NCBI GenBank assembly: GCA_963762255.1
Contig: CAVXKA010000002.1
Coordinates: 896,001-960,000, forward strand
Direction of reading: 5' to 3'
DNA from: Candidatus Eiseniibacteriota bacterium
GTDB lineage: Bacteria; Eisenbacteria; RBG-16-71-46; JABDJR01
Length of the DNA stretch: 64,000 bases
A program made the position numbers and the translations under genes. The notes beneath the pieces are model-generated. The model was not told where the DNA came from, ran no database searches, and saw only the letters and a list, made by a program, of their open reading frames with translations. Positions 31,082 to 40,852 of this stretch are shown here, piece after piece (position 1 is the first letter of the stretch; the number at the start of each line of letters is the position of its first letter).

Positions 31082-32115
31082 CAGTAAGGACCTTTCGTTT
31101 GCGGGGAGTCGACGGCCTCGCCGCGCGACTCCTTCACGATGCGCACCCCCGCCGAGGCGCCGATGCGGGTCGCCCCCGCCTCGATCATCCCCAGCGCATC
31201 GGCATAGCTCCGAATGCCGCCCGCGGCCTTCACCCCCATTTCGGGGCCCACCGTGGCGCGCATGATGGCCACGTCGCGGATGGTCGCCCCCCCTGAGGCG
31301 AATCCGGTGGAGGTCTTCACGAAATCCGCGCGCGCGCGCTTGGCGAGAAGGCAGGCCACGACCTTTTCCTCGTCGGTGAGGAGGGCGGCTTCGATGATCA
31401 CCTTCACGATCACGTTCGATTCGTGGCAGGCGGCGGTGACCTCGGCGATGTCTTCCTCCACCAGATCGTAGTTCCCGCTCTTGAGCGCGCCCACGTTGAT
31501 GACCATGTCCACCTCGCGCGCGCCCTCGCGGATCGCCTTGCGCGACTCGAAAGCCTTGGTGGCGGGAGTGGTGGCGCCGAGCGGGAAGCCGACCACGGTG
31601 CAGACCTTGGCGTCGCTCCCTCGCAAGAGCTGCGCGCAGAGTCGCACGAAGCTTGGGTTGACGCACACCGAGGCGAAGTGGTTGCGCGCCGCTTCCTCGC
31701 AGAGCTTCTGAATCTCCGCTTCGGTGGCGTCGGGCTTGAGCATGGTGTGGTCGATGTAGCTGGCGATGTCGTGGGCCACCGCGCCGCTTCCGCCGCCGGA
31801 GCCGATACGCGACGCGCCGGCGGCCACAAAGCTTCGCACCGTCTCCGGGCTGCGCTGCGCGGGGTTCGTGCTGCGCGCGCGGTCTTCGGAGTCTGCGGAG
31901 CTGGCGTGACGGATGGCGGGTCGCTCGTAGCACGGCTCGTAGGAGCGGCGGTAGGCCTCGGTGACCGCGGGGCCCTTGGGTGCCGACCCGGCGGGCGAGG
32001 ACGGCTTGCTTGCTGCAGGCGCTTCCGCCGTTGGCGGCGCCGCGGCGGCCGGCCCCTGCAGCCGGGCCAGCACCTCGCGGGTGATCCGCTCGATGAGGGC
32101 ATCGCGCTCGTTCAT
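31081..32115 (-). CDS. deoC: Deoxyribose-phosphate aldolase with ~120-aa N-terminal extension
   Basis: [35 protein letters not shown]; N-terminal [15 protein letters not shown]. Confidence 0.95.
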   Translation of the reverse strand: MNERDALIERITREVLARLQGPAAAAPPTAEAPAASKPSSPAGSAPKGPAVTEAYRRSYEPCYERPAIRHASSADSEDRARSTNPAQRSPETVRSFVAAGASRIGSGGGSGAVAHDIASYIDHTMLKPDATEAEIQKLCEEAARNHFASVCVNPSFVRLCAQLLRGSDAKVCTVVGFPLGATTPATKAFESRKAIREGAREVDMVINVGALKSGNYDLVEEDIAEVTAACHESNVIVKVIIEAALLTDEEKVVACLLAKRARADFVKTSTGFASGGATIRDVAIMRATVGPEMGVKAAGGIRSYADALGMIEAGATRIGASAGVRIVKESRGEAVDSPQTKGPY

Positions 32116-32672
32116 CGCGCTCCCGCTCCCGCCCCGTCCAGGGCGTCGATCTTGGCCACCCGCTTCAAGTGGCGCTCTTCCGTGCAGGCGGTCGCAAGAA
32201 AGGTCTTCACGATCGCGCGGGCGAGCACGACGCCGATCAATCCCGCTCCCAGCGTGACCACGTTGGCGTTGTTGTGCTCGCGCGCGTTGGCGGCGGTGGA
32301 GAGGTCGTAGCAGAGCGCGGCCCGCGCGCCCGGAATCTTGTTGGCGGCCATGCAGGATCCGATGCCGGCGCCGTCGATCATGATCCCGAACTCGGCGCGC
32401 CCATCGACGACCGCGCGCGCGACCGCCGCCGCGAAGTCGGGATAGTCCACCGCGTCGGTGGAGTGCGTGCCGAGGTCGACCGGTTCCCACCCGATCGTCG
32501 GGAGGAATCGCTTGAGATCTTCCTTGAGCGGAAAGCCGCCGTGGTCGGCGCCGATCGCCACTCGGCGCGCCGCGACCGCACCGGGATTCGCGAGCGATGC
32601 GTCGACGACGCGCTCCACCACCGTGCGCACGAGATTCTCAAGCTCTCGATCGTGCAAGCCGCCGTCCTCCAT
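32112..32672 (-). CDS. rpiB: Ribose-5-phosphate isomerase B with N-terminal encapsulation peptide
   Basis: [33 protein letters not shown]; N-terminal [13 protein letters not shown]. Confidence 0.92.
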   Translation of the reverse strand: MEDGGLHDRELENLVRTVVERVVDASLANPGAVAARRVAIGADHGGFPLKEDLKRFLPTIGWEPVDLGTHSTDAVDYPDFAAAVARAVVDGRAEFGIMIDGAGIGSCMAANKIPGARAALCYDLSTAANAREHNNANVVTLGAGLIGVVLARAIVKTFLATACTEERHLKRVAKIDALDGAGAGAR

Positions 32673-32751
32673 TCGCTTCGAGCCGCCTTGCCTCGAAGTC
32701 GGGGCGCGATGATACTACGGGCCCCCGGAGGCGTCCACACACGGAGGAAGC

Positions 32752-33324
32752 ATGGCCGACAAGACGCGCTGCGCATGGGCGGGCACCGATCCCCTCTACG
32801 TGGCTTACCACGATCACGAGTGGGGCGTGCCCGAGCACGACGATCGCGCGCTCTTCGAGAAGCTCCTGCTGGACGGGTTCCAGGCCGGCCTGGCCTGGAT
32901 CACGATCCTGCGCAAGCGCGAGAACTTTCGGCGGGCCTTCGACGGGTTCGACCCGGAGAAGATCGCCCGCTACCGCGCGGCGAAGATCGAATCGCTGCTC
33001 GCGGATCCCGGTATCGTGCGCAACCGGCAGAAGGTAGCGGCCTCGGTGGGCAATGCGCGGGCCTACATCGAGCTGAGGAAGGAAGCCGGGAGTTTCGACC
33101 GGTATCTGTGGAGCTTCGTGGGGGGGAAGCCGATAATGAACGCGTACCGGACGATGGCGGAATTGCCGGCGCGGTCGGCGGAATCCGAAGCGATGAGCCG
33201 CGATCTCGTGCGTCGGGGGTTTCGATTCGTGGGCCCCACCATCTGCTACGCGTTCATGCAGGCGGTGGGGATGACGCACGATCACCTCGTCGACTGCTTC
33301 CGGTACGGAAAGCTCAAGCCATGA
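32752..33324 (+). CDS. tag: DNA-3-methyladenine glycosylase I
   Basis: RCAW, YHDHEWG, FQAGLAW, IVRNRQK, FVGPTICYAFMQA, DHLVDC. Confidence 0.95.
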   Translation: MADKTRCAWAGTDPLYVAYHDHEWGVPEHDDRALFEKLLLDGFQAGLAWITILRKRENFRRAFDGFDPEKIARYRAAKIESLLADPGIVRNRQKVAASVGNARAYIELRKEAGSFDRYLWSFVGGKPIMNAYRTMAELPARSAESEAMSRDLVRRGFRFVGPTICYAFMQAVGMTHDHLVDCFRYGKLKP

Positions 33325-33725
33325 CCTCGTTGCGCCGCAACAAGAACTGGATCCTCGTCGCCGTCGCGGTGGCGGTGCCCGTGCTCGTGATCGTGGGGCT
33401 GCGGGTGGCCGCCCGCGTCGAGGAGTGGCCCGTCTCCCTCGGCGCCAACACCGTAGAGCAGGTCAAGGGACAACCGCTGACGCTCTACTCCTGCGACAAC
33501 ATCCCCAAGCTCTCGGGCACGCCGTGTCATGAACAGGGCAGCGCCGACTTCATGATGGTGGTGCTCCACGACAAGCCTGCGGGCGCGGCGTCGGTGCGCG
33601 TCCCCGACCCCGGCGCCGGCATCCCCGCGCGCACGCTCGAGCTTCGTTTCATCGGCGGAACGGTCTGGGTCAAGGTCGAGGCGAGCGATCTGCAAGGATG
33701 GATCGAGCGCGGCTACACGCGCTGA
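33321..33725 (+). CDS. Hypothetical membrane-anchored protein (SH3-like C-terminal WVKV...GWI)
   Basis: ATGA overlap with the tag stop; N-terminal TM helix. Confidence 0.6.
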   Translation: MTSLRRNKNWILVAVAVAVPVLVIVGLRVAARVEEWPVSLGANTVEQVKGQPLTLYSCDNIPKLSGTPCHEQGSADFMMVVLHDKPAGAASVRVPDPGAGIPARTLELRFIGGTVWVKVEASDLQGWIERGYTR

Positions 33726-33781
33726 ATCGCGCGGCAACAACCGCCGCGTGACATCCGCCCGCTTCGGTTCCGTCGCCCCCG

Positions 33782-34450
33782 CTACTCGGCCTTCACGAAC
33801 CTCACCATCCCGGTCTTCAGGTCTTCGCTGGCGGGGCTCGGGCCGAACCAGATGGCGAAGAGGGCCCGCGCGAACGCAGGATCGGCGATGGGCGCGCAGG
33901 GGCGACCCGGCATCATCACGTAGAGCCCCATGCCCGGCATCCAGGTGATCTCGATCGTCTGACCGTCCTTGACGCCGGCGTCGGTGAAGAAGCCGAGGAA
34001 GGCCGCCTTCGCTTTCTCCAGGTCCGGCGTCATCGCATCCGCGGGAAGAGTCTTTGCGAACCCCTCCTCATAGGTCTCGCGGATCTTTCCGCCGTCCACG
34101 TCCCGCAGGAAGTGCATCTCGACCCGCTTCGCGAAGTTTCCGTTGATCAACGCGGCAAAGGGATCGGCACCGAGCGGCGCGTTCTCGTCCGCATAGAGCA
34201 CACCCTCGTACACCTTGAACATGAGCTTCTTGCGCAGGCCGGAACCGAGCGCCTTCAAGGTGACCGTCTCCCCCGCCGCCTTGATCGCGATCTTCTCGGG
34301 GAACTTCTTATCCGTGCCCTTTCCCTTGAAGGTCTCCGTGCCCGCGGGGGACACGTTGAGGATCTGCGGGATCGCGCCTTGGGCGCGCACGAGGACCGCA
34401 GCGAAGATCGTGAGGACCAGGGCGAGGAGAGCCATGCGGGCGAGCTTCAT
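33782..34450 (-). CDS. Chalcone-isomerase-like family secreted protein
   Basis: GSGLRKKLMFKVY, FARALFAIWFG..P. Confidence 0.8.
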   Translation of the reverse strand: MKLARMALLALVLTIFAAVLVRAQGAIPQILNVSPAGTETFKGKGTDKKFPEKIAIKAAGETVTLKALGSGLRKKLMFKVYEGVLYADENAPLGADPFAALINGNFAKRVEMHFLRDVDGGKIRETYEEGFAKTLPADAMTPDLEKAKAAFLGFFTDAGVKDGQTIEITWMPGMGLYVMMPGRPCAPIADPAFARALFAIWFGPSPASEDLKTGMVRFVKAE

Positions 34451-34466
34451 CGTTCACCTCCGGAGG

Positions 34467-36602
34467 TCAGGGCCGGATATCGAGCCTGATACGGGCGTCG
34501 ACCGCCACGCATCCCTTGCCAACTGATAGCACCTTTACAGGGTTCAGGTCCATCTCCGCGATCTCGGGATGATTCCCCACCAGAACGGACACACGCAGGA
34601 TCGCTTCCTCCAGGGCCGGGACATCGGCCGGAGGCGCGCCGCGATAGCCGTTGAGGAGTGCATACCCCCGAACCCCCCGAACCATTTCGTCGGCGTCGCG
34701 GTCGGTGAGCGGGTGGATGCGGAAGGTCACGTCCTTCATCACTTCGACCTGCACCCCGCCGAGGCCGAACGCCACGAGCGGGCCGAACTTGGGATCCTGG
34801 GTCACGCCGACCAGAACCTCGACCCCTTCCTTCACCAGGGGCTGCACGGTGAAGCCGTGCGCCGCGCCCTCCAGGCCGCGGGTGCGCAGCGCGGCGCAGA
34901 TCTCGTTCACCGCGCTCTCGACCTCCGCTTCCGTGCGCAGGTCGAGCCGCACACCGCCCACGTCGCTCTTGTGCGAGATGGAATCGGAGTGGAGCTTCAC
35001 GACCACGGGGAAACCGAGGGAGCGCGCGGCGGCCGCCGCCTCCTTGGGGGTCGCGGCGAAGAGCACGGGCGGGGTGCGGATGCCGTACGCGGCCAGGACG
35101 CGGTCGACTTCGTCGGCGTTGAGCCAGCCGCCTTCATCGCCCATGCGCTCGCGCGCGGCCGCAAACACCGCGGCGGCGTCCGCCGCGCGCACGTCGTCAA
35201 AGGCGATCTCGCGACCGGGGGCCTTCGCCATCCACTGGCCGTGGCGCACCGCGCGCCCGAGCACGCGCACCGCGCTCTCGGGAAACGCATACGAGGGGAT
35301 GTTTCCCTCCTTGAGCGAGCGCAGTCCTTCCGGCACGCCGTGCTTGCCGAGGAAGCAGGTGAGCACCGGCTTCTCGGTGCCTTCGGAGCCGTTCACGATC
35401 CCCCGCGCCACCTCGCGGGGCTCCGTCACGATCGGCGGCACGAAGAGCGCGATCAAGGCGTCGATCTTCGGGTCCGCGAGCAGCGCCCGCGTGGCACGCT
35501 CGTAGTTCTGCGCGGTGGCCGAAGCGATCATGTCCACCGGGTTGCGCACGCTCGCTTCCGGGGGAAGGAACTCGTGCAGGCGCGCCGTGGTGCTCTCGCT
35601 CAGGTCGGACACCTCCAGCCCGTGCGCCTCGCAGGCATCGGTCGCGAGGATCCCGGGACCGCCGGCGTTGGTCAGGATGGCCACGCGGCTCCCCTTCGGG
35701 ATCGGCTGATACGCGAGGAACGCGGCCATGTCGAAGAGTTCTTCCACGGTGTCGACGCGGATGATGCCGGTCTGCGCGAAGAGCGCGTCCACCGCCACGT
35801 CGGCGCCTGCCAGGGCGCCGGTGTGGCTCGTGGCCGCGGTCATGCCTCGGCGCGTGCGCCCGCTCTTTACGGCGACGATCGGCTTGCGCCGCGTGATCTC
35901 ACGAGCGAGCCGCGTGAACTTGCGGGGGTTACCGAACGATTCCAGGTACAAGAGCATGACCTTGGTGCGCGGGTCGGCGTCCCACCACTGCACGAGGTCG
36001 TTGCTGGAAACGTCGGCCTTGTTCCCGATGGAGACGAAGTCGCTGACCCCGATGTTGAAGCTGCGCGTGTAGTCGAGGATGGCCACCCCGAGCGCGCCGC
36101 TCTGGCTGGCGATGGCCACGTTGCCTTCCGGCGGATAGGTCGGGGCAAAGGTCGCGTCGAGGCGCACGTCGGGTGCGGTGCTGAGCACACCGAGGCAATT
36201 CGGCCCCACCAGGCGCATGCCGTGCGCGCGAACGATCTCCTTCAAGCGCGCTTCGCGGGCCGCGCCTTCTTCGTTGACTTCCTTGAACCCGGCCGAGATC
36301 ACGACCACCCCGCGCACACCCTTCGCGGCGCAGGCTTCGACCATGGCGACGACGACCTTGGCCGGCACCACGACCACCGCGAGGTCGACCGGGCCCGGGA
36401 TATCGGCGATGCTCGCGTAAGCCTTCACCGACTGCACGAAGTCGGACTTGAGGTTGACCGGGTACACCGGCCCCTGGAAACCGTTCAAGAGCAGGTTGCG
36501 GAAGATCTCGCCGCCGATCGACCCGCGCTCGGTGGAAGCGCCGATCACCGCCACCGATCGCGGGCGCAAGAGACCCGAGAGATCCACGGCGCTCCCGCTC
36601 AC
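34467..36602 (-). CDS. Acetate/acyl-CoA ligase (ADP-forming), alpha-beta fusion
   Basis: PRSVAVIGAS, GPNCLG, SQSG, SHTGALAG (phospho-His), NAGG, HKSDVGGV, DLNPV; GTG start overlaps the usp stop; no GNAT domain. Confidence 0.9.
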   Translation of the reverse strand: MSGSAVDLSGLLRPRSVAVIGASTERGSIGGEIFRNLLLNGFQGPVYPVNLKSDFVQSVKAYASIADIPGPVDLAVVVVPAKVVVAMVEACAAKGVRGVVVISAGFKEVNEEGAAREARLKEIVRAHGMRLVGPNCLGVLSTAPDVRLDATFAPTYPPEGNVAIASQSGALGVAILDYTRSFNIGVSDFVSIGNKADVSSNDLVQWWDADPRTKVMLLYLESFGNPRKFTRLAREITRRKPIVAVKSGRTRRGMTAATSHTGALAGADVAVDALFAQTGIIRVDTVEELFDMAAFLAYQPIPKGSRVAILTNAGGPGILATDACEAHGLEVSDLSESTTARLHEFLPPEASVRNPVDMIASATAQNYERATRALLADPKIDALIALFVPPIVTEPREVARGIVNGSEGTEKPVLTCFLGKHGVPEGLRSLKEGNIPSYAFPESAVRVLGRAVRHGQWMAKAPGREIAFDDVRAADAAAVFAAARERMGDEGGWLNADEVDRVLAAYGIRTPPVLFAATPKEAAAAARSLGFPVVVKLHSDSISHKSDVGGVRLDLRTEAEVESAVNEICAALRTRGLEGAAHGFTVQPLVKEGVEVLVGVTQDPKFGPLVAFGLGGVQVEVMKDVTFRIHPLTDRDADEMVRGVRGYALLNGYRGAPPADVPALEEAILRVSVLVGNHPEIAEMDLNPVKVLSVGKGCVAVDARIRLDIRP

Positions 36603-37063
36603 GGGTTCTCCATCTCGCCGTCTGGTCGATGCACGACGAGAACCGGACAGGGCGAGGTCCGCACGACCTTCTCGGTCACGCTTCCCAGCAGCATATGTTT
36701 GAGGCCGGTACGGCCATGAGTGCCCATGACGATCAAGTCGGTCTTCTCCTCTTCCGCAAGGCGAACGATCCCCGCGAAGGGCGCGCCGTGCAGGACGCGC
36801 GTGTCGAGCCGCACGCCCTCGGGCAACGCCTTCGGCACGAACGCCTCCATCTCCCGAGCCGCCTCTGCGGACAGTCGCTGGGTCAGCTCGGGGGGCGGCA
36901 CCGCGATCCCCACGTAGCCGTAGGTAAGCGGGATGTCGTCCACCACGTGGCAGACCAGGAGCGTGCCGCCGGGCGAAACGAGGTCGAGAGCGTAGTCGAG
37001 GGTGGCCCGCGAGGTCTCGGAGAAATCGATAGGAGCGAGCACTTTCGTGAACTGCTTGGCCAT
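36599..37063 (-). CDS. Universal stress protein
   Basis: LAPIDFSE, DLIVMGTHGRTG, LLGSVTEKVVR..PCPVLVV. Confidence 0.93.
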   Translation of the reverse strand: MAKQFTKVLAPIDFSETSRATLDYALDLVSPGGTLLVCHVVDDIPLTYGYVGIAVPPPELTQRLSAEAAREMEAFVPKALPEGVRLDTRVLHGAPFAGIVRLAEEEKTDLIVMGTHGRTGLKHMLLGSVTEKVVRTSPCPVLVVHRPDGEMENP

Positions 37064-37216
37064 GCTCCACCTTCCTCTCCGCCCCGGATCCGTGCGGCGC
37101 GCGCGGCCTCCGGATCTGTTCGAGGCGCGCGGCCATCGCGTCCGCGCCCGGGGCTGTTGCTATCAGTATAGCCCGCGCCGCTTGCGCCGGCACCGCGCAT
37201 TCCCCACACTCTGGCC

Positions 37217-38351
37217 ATGGTCCGGCAACGTCCGCTTCGCATCCCCGATCCCCCCGGCGTCCCCCGGCTGCGCGCCGCGCTCAACGCGTGGTACCGCCGG
37301 CATCGCCGCGCGTTGCCGTGGCGCGACGTGGACGATCCGTATCGCGTGCTCGTCTCCGAGTTCATGCTGCAGCAAACCCAGGTCGCCACCGTGCTCCCCT
37401 ACTTCGACGCGTTCTTGCGGCGCTTCCCCGACCCTGCGCGCGCTCGCCCAGGCTCCGGAGATCACCGTCCGCGCGGCGTGGTCCGGCCTGGGCTACTACC
37501 GCCGCGCGCGGAACCTCCAGGCCACGGCGCGGGTGGTGGTGCGCGATCACGGCGGCGCGCTACCGGGTTCCTACGAAGCGCTGCGCGCCTTGCCCGGCGT
37601 GGGCGACTACACGGCCGCGGCGTTGGGGAGTCTGGTGCACGGGTTGCCGCGCGCTGTCGTGGACGGGAACGTGATCCGCGTGCTGACACGGCTGGTCGCG
37701 TACCGAGAGGTCGTCTCGCGCGCGCCGGCGCGGCGAGCGTTGCAGGAGCTGGCCGATGCGCTGCTCGATCCCCGACGACCGGGCGACTGGAACCAGGCGA
37801 TGATGGAGTTGGGGGCGACGGTGTGCCTCCCTCGCAATCCGCGATGCACGGCGTGCCCCTGGCGGAGCGCATGCCGGGCTTGCGCCGCCGGCGAGCCGGA
37901 GCGATACCCCCTGAAGGACGCGGCGCGAGCGAGCGTGAACGTGACGCGGGCGGTCGCGGTGCTTCGTCGCGGTGGCGCGGTCTATCTCGTCCGCCGGTCG
38001 GATCCCCGATTGCTTGACGGCACCTGGGAACTTCCCGGCCTGGACGTCTCCGGCAGCGGCGATCCACGAGACGCGTTGGCCGAGCATCTGGAGACAATCC
38101 TGGGGCGGCGCGAGCGCGCAGGGCTGAAGGCGGCGCGCGTGGGCGCGGAGCTTGCGCGCGTGAAGCACACGATCACGCATCGGCGGTTAACGGTGAGCGC
38201 CTACGCGGTACAAACGCAGCCGCTTCCTCGCGCGCGCAAGGACAGGGCGGCATGGGTCGCGTTGGATGATGCGACCGACTACCCGATGTCCTCGATGACG
38301 GCCAAGCTCCTCAAGGAGCTTGCGAAGCTTCCCCCGCCATCAAGGCCCTGA
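37217..38351 (+). CDS. mutY: A/G-specific adenine glycosylase (frameshift at ~37430)
   Basis: LPWR..PYRVLVSEFMLQQT in one frame, then WSGLGYYRRA, LPGVGDYT, VDGN and the 4Fe-4S Cys motif in another; the shift falls in a C4 run. Confidence 0.9.
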
Positions 38352-38883
38352 TCTCCTCGCCGCTCCAGGGCTTGGCGCGCCCCGAAGTCTCCGCGCGCAC
38401 GCGCGCCACATCGGCGGCCGTCACAGGCGTGCCCACGTTCCCCCACGATGCGCGCAGGTAGCTCAGGATCGCTGCGAGCTTCTCGTCGGGGAGCTGCCCG
38501 CCTTGCGGCGGCATCTTGTTCATGAAGCGCACGCCGTCGACGGTGATCTCGCCTTCGAGGCCGTGGAGCACGATGCGGATCGCCACGGTCGGATCCGCGT
38601 TCACCCACGATCCGCCGCGCAAGGGCGGATAGAGCTCTCCCATCCCGCGCCCCTCGCGTCCGTGACACGGGGCACAGGTGAAGCGGTAGTACGAGCGCCC
38701 GTTCATATGAGCCGGATCGGCGTCGGCCGCGTCGGGCTCGGCCTGCTTCCCGCCTCCACCGCAGCCGGTTGTTCCCACGAGAACGGCAACGGCTAGTGCG
38801 CATATCCACGCCCGGCGGCCGAGGAACAGGCTCAGCGCGGCGAGGCCGCGGTCGGTTCGAAGAGGAAGTCGCGTCCTGCGCAT
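38311..38883 (-). CDS. Monoheme cytochrome c lipoprotein
   Basis: TTGC lipobox; CAPCH; YPPL, MPP, SWGN. Confidence 0.85.
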   Translation of the reverse strand: MRRTRLPLRTDRGLAALSLFLGRRAWICALAVAVLVGTTGCGGGGKQAEPDAADADPAHMNGRSYYRFTCAPCHGREGRGMGELYPPLRGGSWVNADPTVAIRIVLHGLEGEITVDGVRFMNKMPPQGGQLPDEKLAAILSYLRASWGNVGTPVTAADVARVRAETSGRAKPWSGEEIRALMAGEASQAP

Positions 38884-39008
38884 GAAGGCATCATACACGG
38901 GTGACCGTTCGTTTTCCTCCGCGTCTCTCCGGGTGTAGGCTTGGGTCCTTATCAGCCCCCGGCGCGCGCCGGGTCGACGCAAACAATCGATCGCGGAGGA
39001 CTGGAACG

Positions 39009-39410
39009 ATGATGAACCTCGACTACGCCTTCACCCGCAACTTTCCGGGGGTCACCCCCGAGGCCGCCCGCACCCGCATCGAGGCGTCGCTCAAGGAGGA
39101 GGGCTTCGGCATCCTCACCGAAATCGACGTCAAGGCCACGCTGAAGAAGAAGCTCGACGTGGAGTTCCGCAAGTACTGGATCCTCGGCGCGTGCAACCCG
39201 AGAGTGGCGCACGAGGCGCTGACCATGGAGCCGGGAATCGGACTGCTCCTTCCGTGCAACGTCGTGGTGACAGAGGACGACGCGGGGAACGCGGTGGTCT
39301 CGATCATGGATCCGCACGCGATGGTGCGCGCGATCCCGAACAACGAGCACCTGAACCGACCCATGGAGCAGGTGCGCGAGATGTTGAAGCGAGCGTTGGA
39401 GAAGGCGTAG
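39009..39410 (+). CDS. DUF302 domain protein
   Basis: EGFGILTEIDV, ILGACNP, LLLPCNVVV. Confidence 0.88.
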   Translation: MMNLDYAFTRNFPGVTPEAARTRIEASLKEEGFGILTEIDVKATLKKKLDVEFRKYWILGACNPRVAHEALTMEPGIGLLLPCNVVVTEDDAGNAVVSIMDPHAMVRAIPNNEHLNRPMEQVREMLKRALEKA

Positions 39411-39459
39411 CGCGCGCGCATCCATCTACGCGTTTTTTTACGAATCCATCACTTTTTTA

Positions 39460-39488
39460 TTGACGTATCTGTGGCGTCGCGATAGATT
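39460..39488 (+). promoter_or_regulatory. Sigma70-like promoter TTGACG-17-TAGATT with T-rich upstream tract
   Basis: Near-consensus hexamers, 17-bp spacer, ~54 nt before the HNH ATG. Confidence 0.65.
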
Positions 39489-39541
39489 CTCTGTGCCCGC
39501 CCACTTCCCCCGTCCTTCCACCCGTCCACGGAGGGACCGCC

Positions 39542-40852
39542 ATGTCCGCTGAAACCACTGCACTTCACACTGACACCGCCGTGTTGCTTGAGGGGGCCGT
39601 GCTCACCCGGGTGAGCACCGGGGTCGTAGGTCGATCGCCGGCCTTGAGTCCGGCTAATTCCGCATCCGCGCGCCCACTTCCCGCCGCGGAGGTCGAAGCT
39701 CGTCTGGTCGCCGCGTTGGGGGACCTGGACGCCGCGCGGAAGAACGCGGTGATCTGGTTCGGAGAGATCCTCGCCCGCAAGCTCTACTTGGAGTTCGGGT
39801 GCTCGAGCATCCACCACTATGCGCGAGAGAGACTGGGGTTCTCTCGGGCGAGGACCGCGTACTTCCTGCGACTGTGTCGGTCCTTCGAAGCACTGCCGGC
39901 GTTGAAGGAGTCGATCGCTACCGGGATGGTGCCGTGGACGAAGGCACGGGAGGTGGTGAAGGTGGCCACGCCGGAGACGGAGTCGTTCTGGGTCGAGCAG
40001 GCTCGGACCACCGGCCGGCGCGAGTTGGAGCAGCGGGTGGCGGCGACACAGGGGGCGGCGCGCTCCCGGCGGCGGGCACCAGGGCAAGGGGAACTGCTGG
40101 CGGCGAATGGCGTGGATGGCCCGGCGAATGGGCGGGCGGCCGGAACCCATGATGCGGTGGACGGCGCAGCCGGCACGGTCGTGAGCCCGGTGACGGAAGT
40201 CCCGGTCACGGTATCGTTCCAACTTTCGCCGGAGCAGTACGCGCGGTATGAAGCGATCCTGGAGCAGGCGCGCAAGACCGGTGCGCGTGGATCTCGCGAA
40301 GAGTTGTTCCTCGCCGCGTGGGAAATGCTCACCCGGGGCAACTTCGGCAGTGCACCGCCCGCGCGGAGCGGGCGGAACCCGGACGTGATCACCCGGGGCA
40401 ACATACCGGCGGCGAATGCGACTCCCGTGTCATCCGCGCCCCGCTACCAGATCGTCATTCGCCAGTGTGAGACCTGCGGCCGAGCTGAGATCGCGACGGG
40501 GCGGGGGGCGATGCCCATCGCGCCCAGGACGTTGGAGACCGCGCTCTGCGATGCGCGCGTGCATCGAAAGGGTCAACCCAACCGCGCGACCATCCCTCCG
40601 TCGGTGCGGCGCGAGGTGCTCGCACGTGACGGTCATCGCTGCCGGACGGCGGGATGCGGCGGTGTGCGGTTCCTGGACGTGCACCACATCGTGCCGCGCG
40701 AACACGGTGGCAGCAACGATCCTGACAACCTCATCACCCTGTGTTGTGCCTGTCACCGGATGATCCACGAGCGCAGCAACGCGGTTGATGCGTGGCCGCT
40801 GCGGCGGGGTTCCGGGATCGATGCTCACCCGGGTGGCACCTCCGCGGCGTAG
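39542..40852 (+). CDS. HNH endonuclease with DUF222/REP13E12-like helical N-terminus
   Basis: TIPPSVRREVLARDGHRC...GC...LDVHHIVPREHGGSNDPDNLITLC..CH; N-terminal VPWTKAREV. Confidence 0.88.
   Translation: MSAETTALHTDTAVLLEGAVLTRVSTGVVGRSPALSPANSASARPLPAAEVEARLVAALGDLDAARKNAVIWFGEILARKLYLEFGCSSIHHYARERLGFSRARTAYFLRLCRSFEALPALKESIATGMVPWTKAREVVKVATPETESFWVEQARTTGRRELEQRVAATQGAARSRRRAPGQGELLAANGVDGPANGRAAGTHDAVDGAAGTVVSPVTEVPVTVSFQLSPEQYARYEAILEQARKTGARGSREELFLAAWEMLTRGNFGSAPPARSGRNPDVITRGNIPAANATPVSSAPRYQIVIRQCETCGRAEIATGRGAMPIAPRTLETALCDARVHRKGQPNRATIPPSVRREVLARDGHRCRTAGCGGVRFLDVHHIVPREHGGSNDPDNLITLCCACHRMIHERSNAVDAWPLRRGSGIDAHPGGTSAA

Noticed and set aside
32752-38351. tag and mutY near the BMC as protection from aldehyde damage or as base-harvesting enzymes
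   Set aside because: Common housekeeping repair genes on the opposite strand; the sequence gives no evidence of a link
40326-40402. Two 17-bp repeats 60 bp apart as a mini CRISPR array
   Set aside because: Only two short copies inside a CDS and no cas genes; treated as part of the palindrome family
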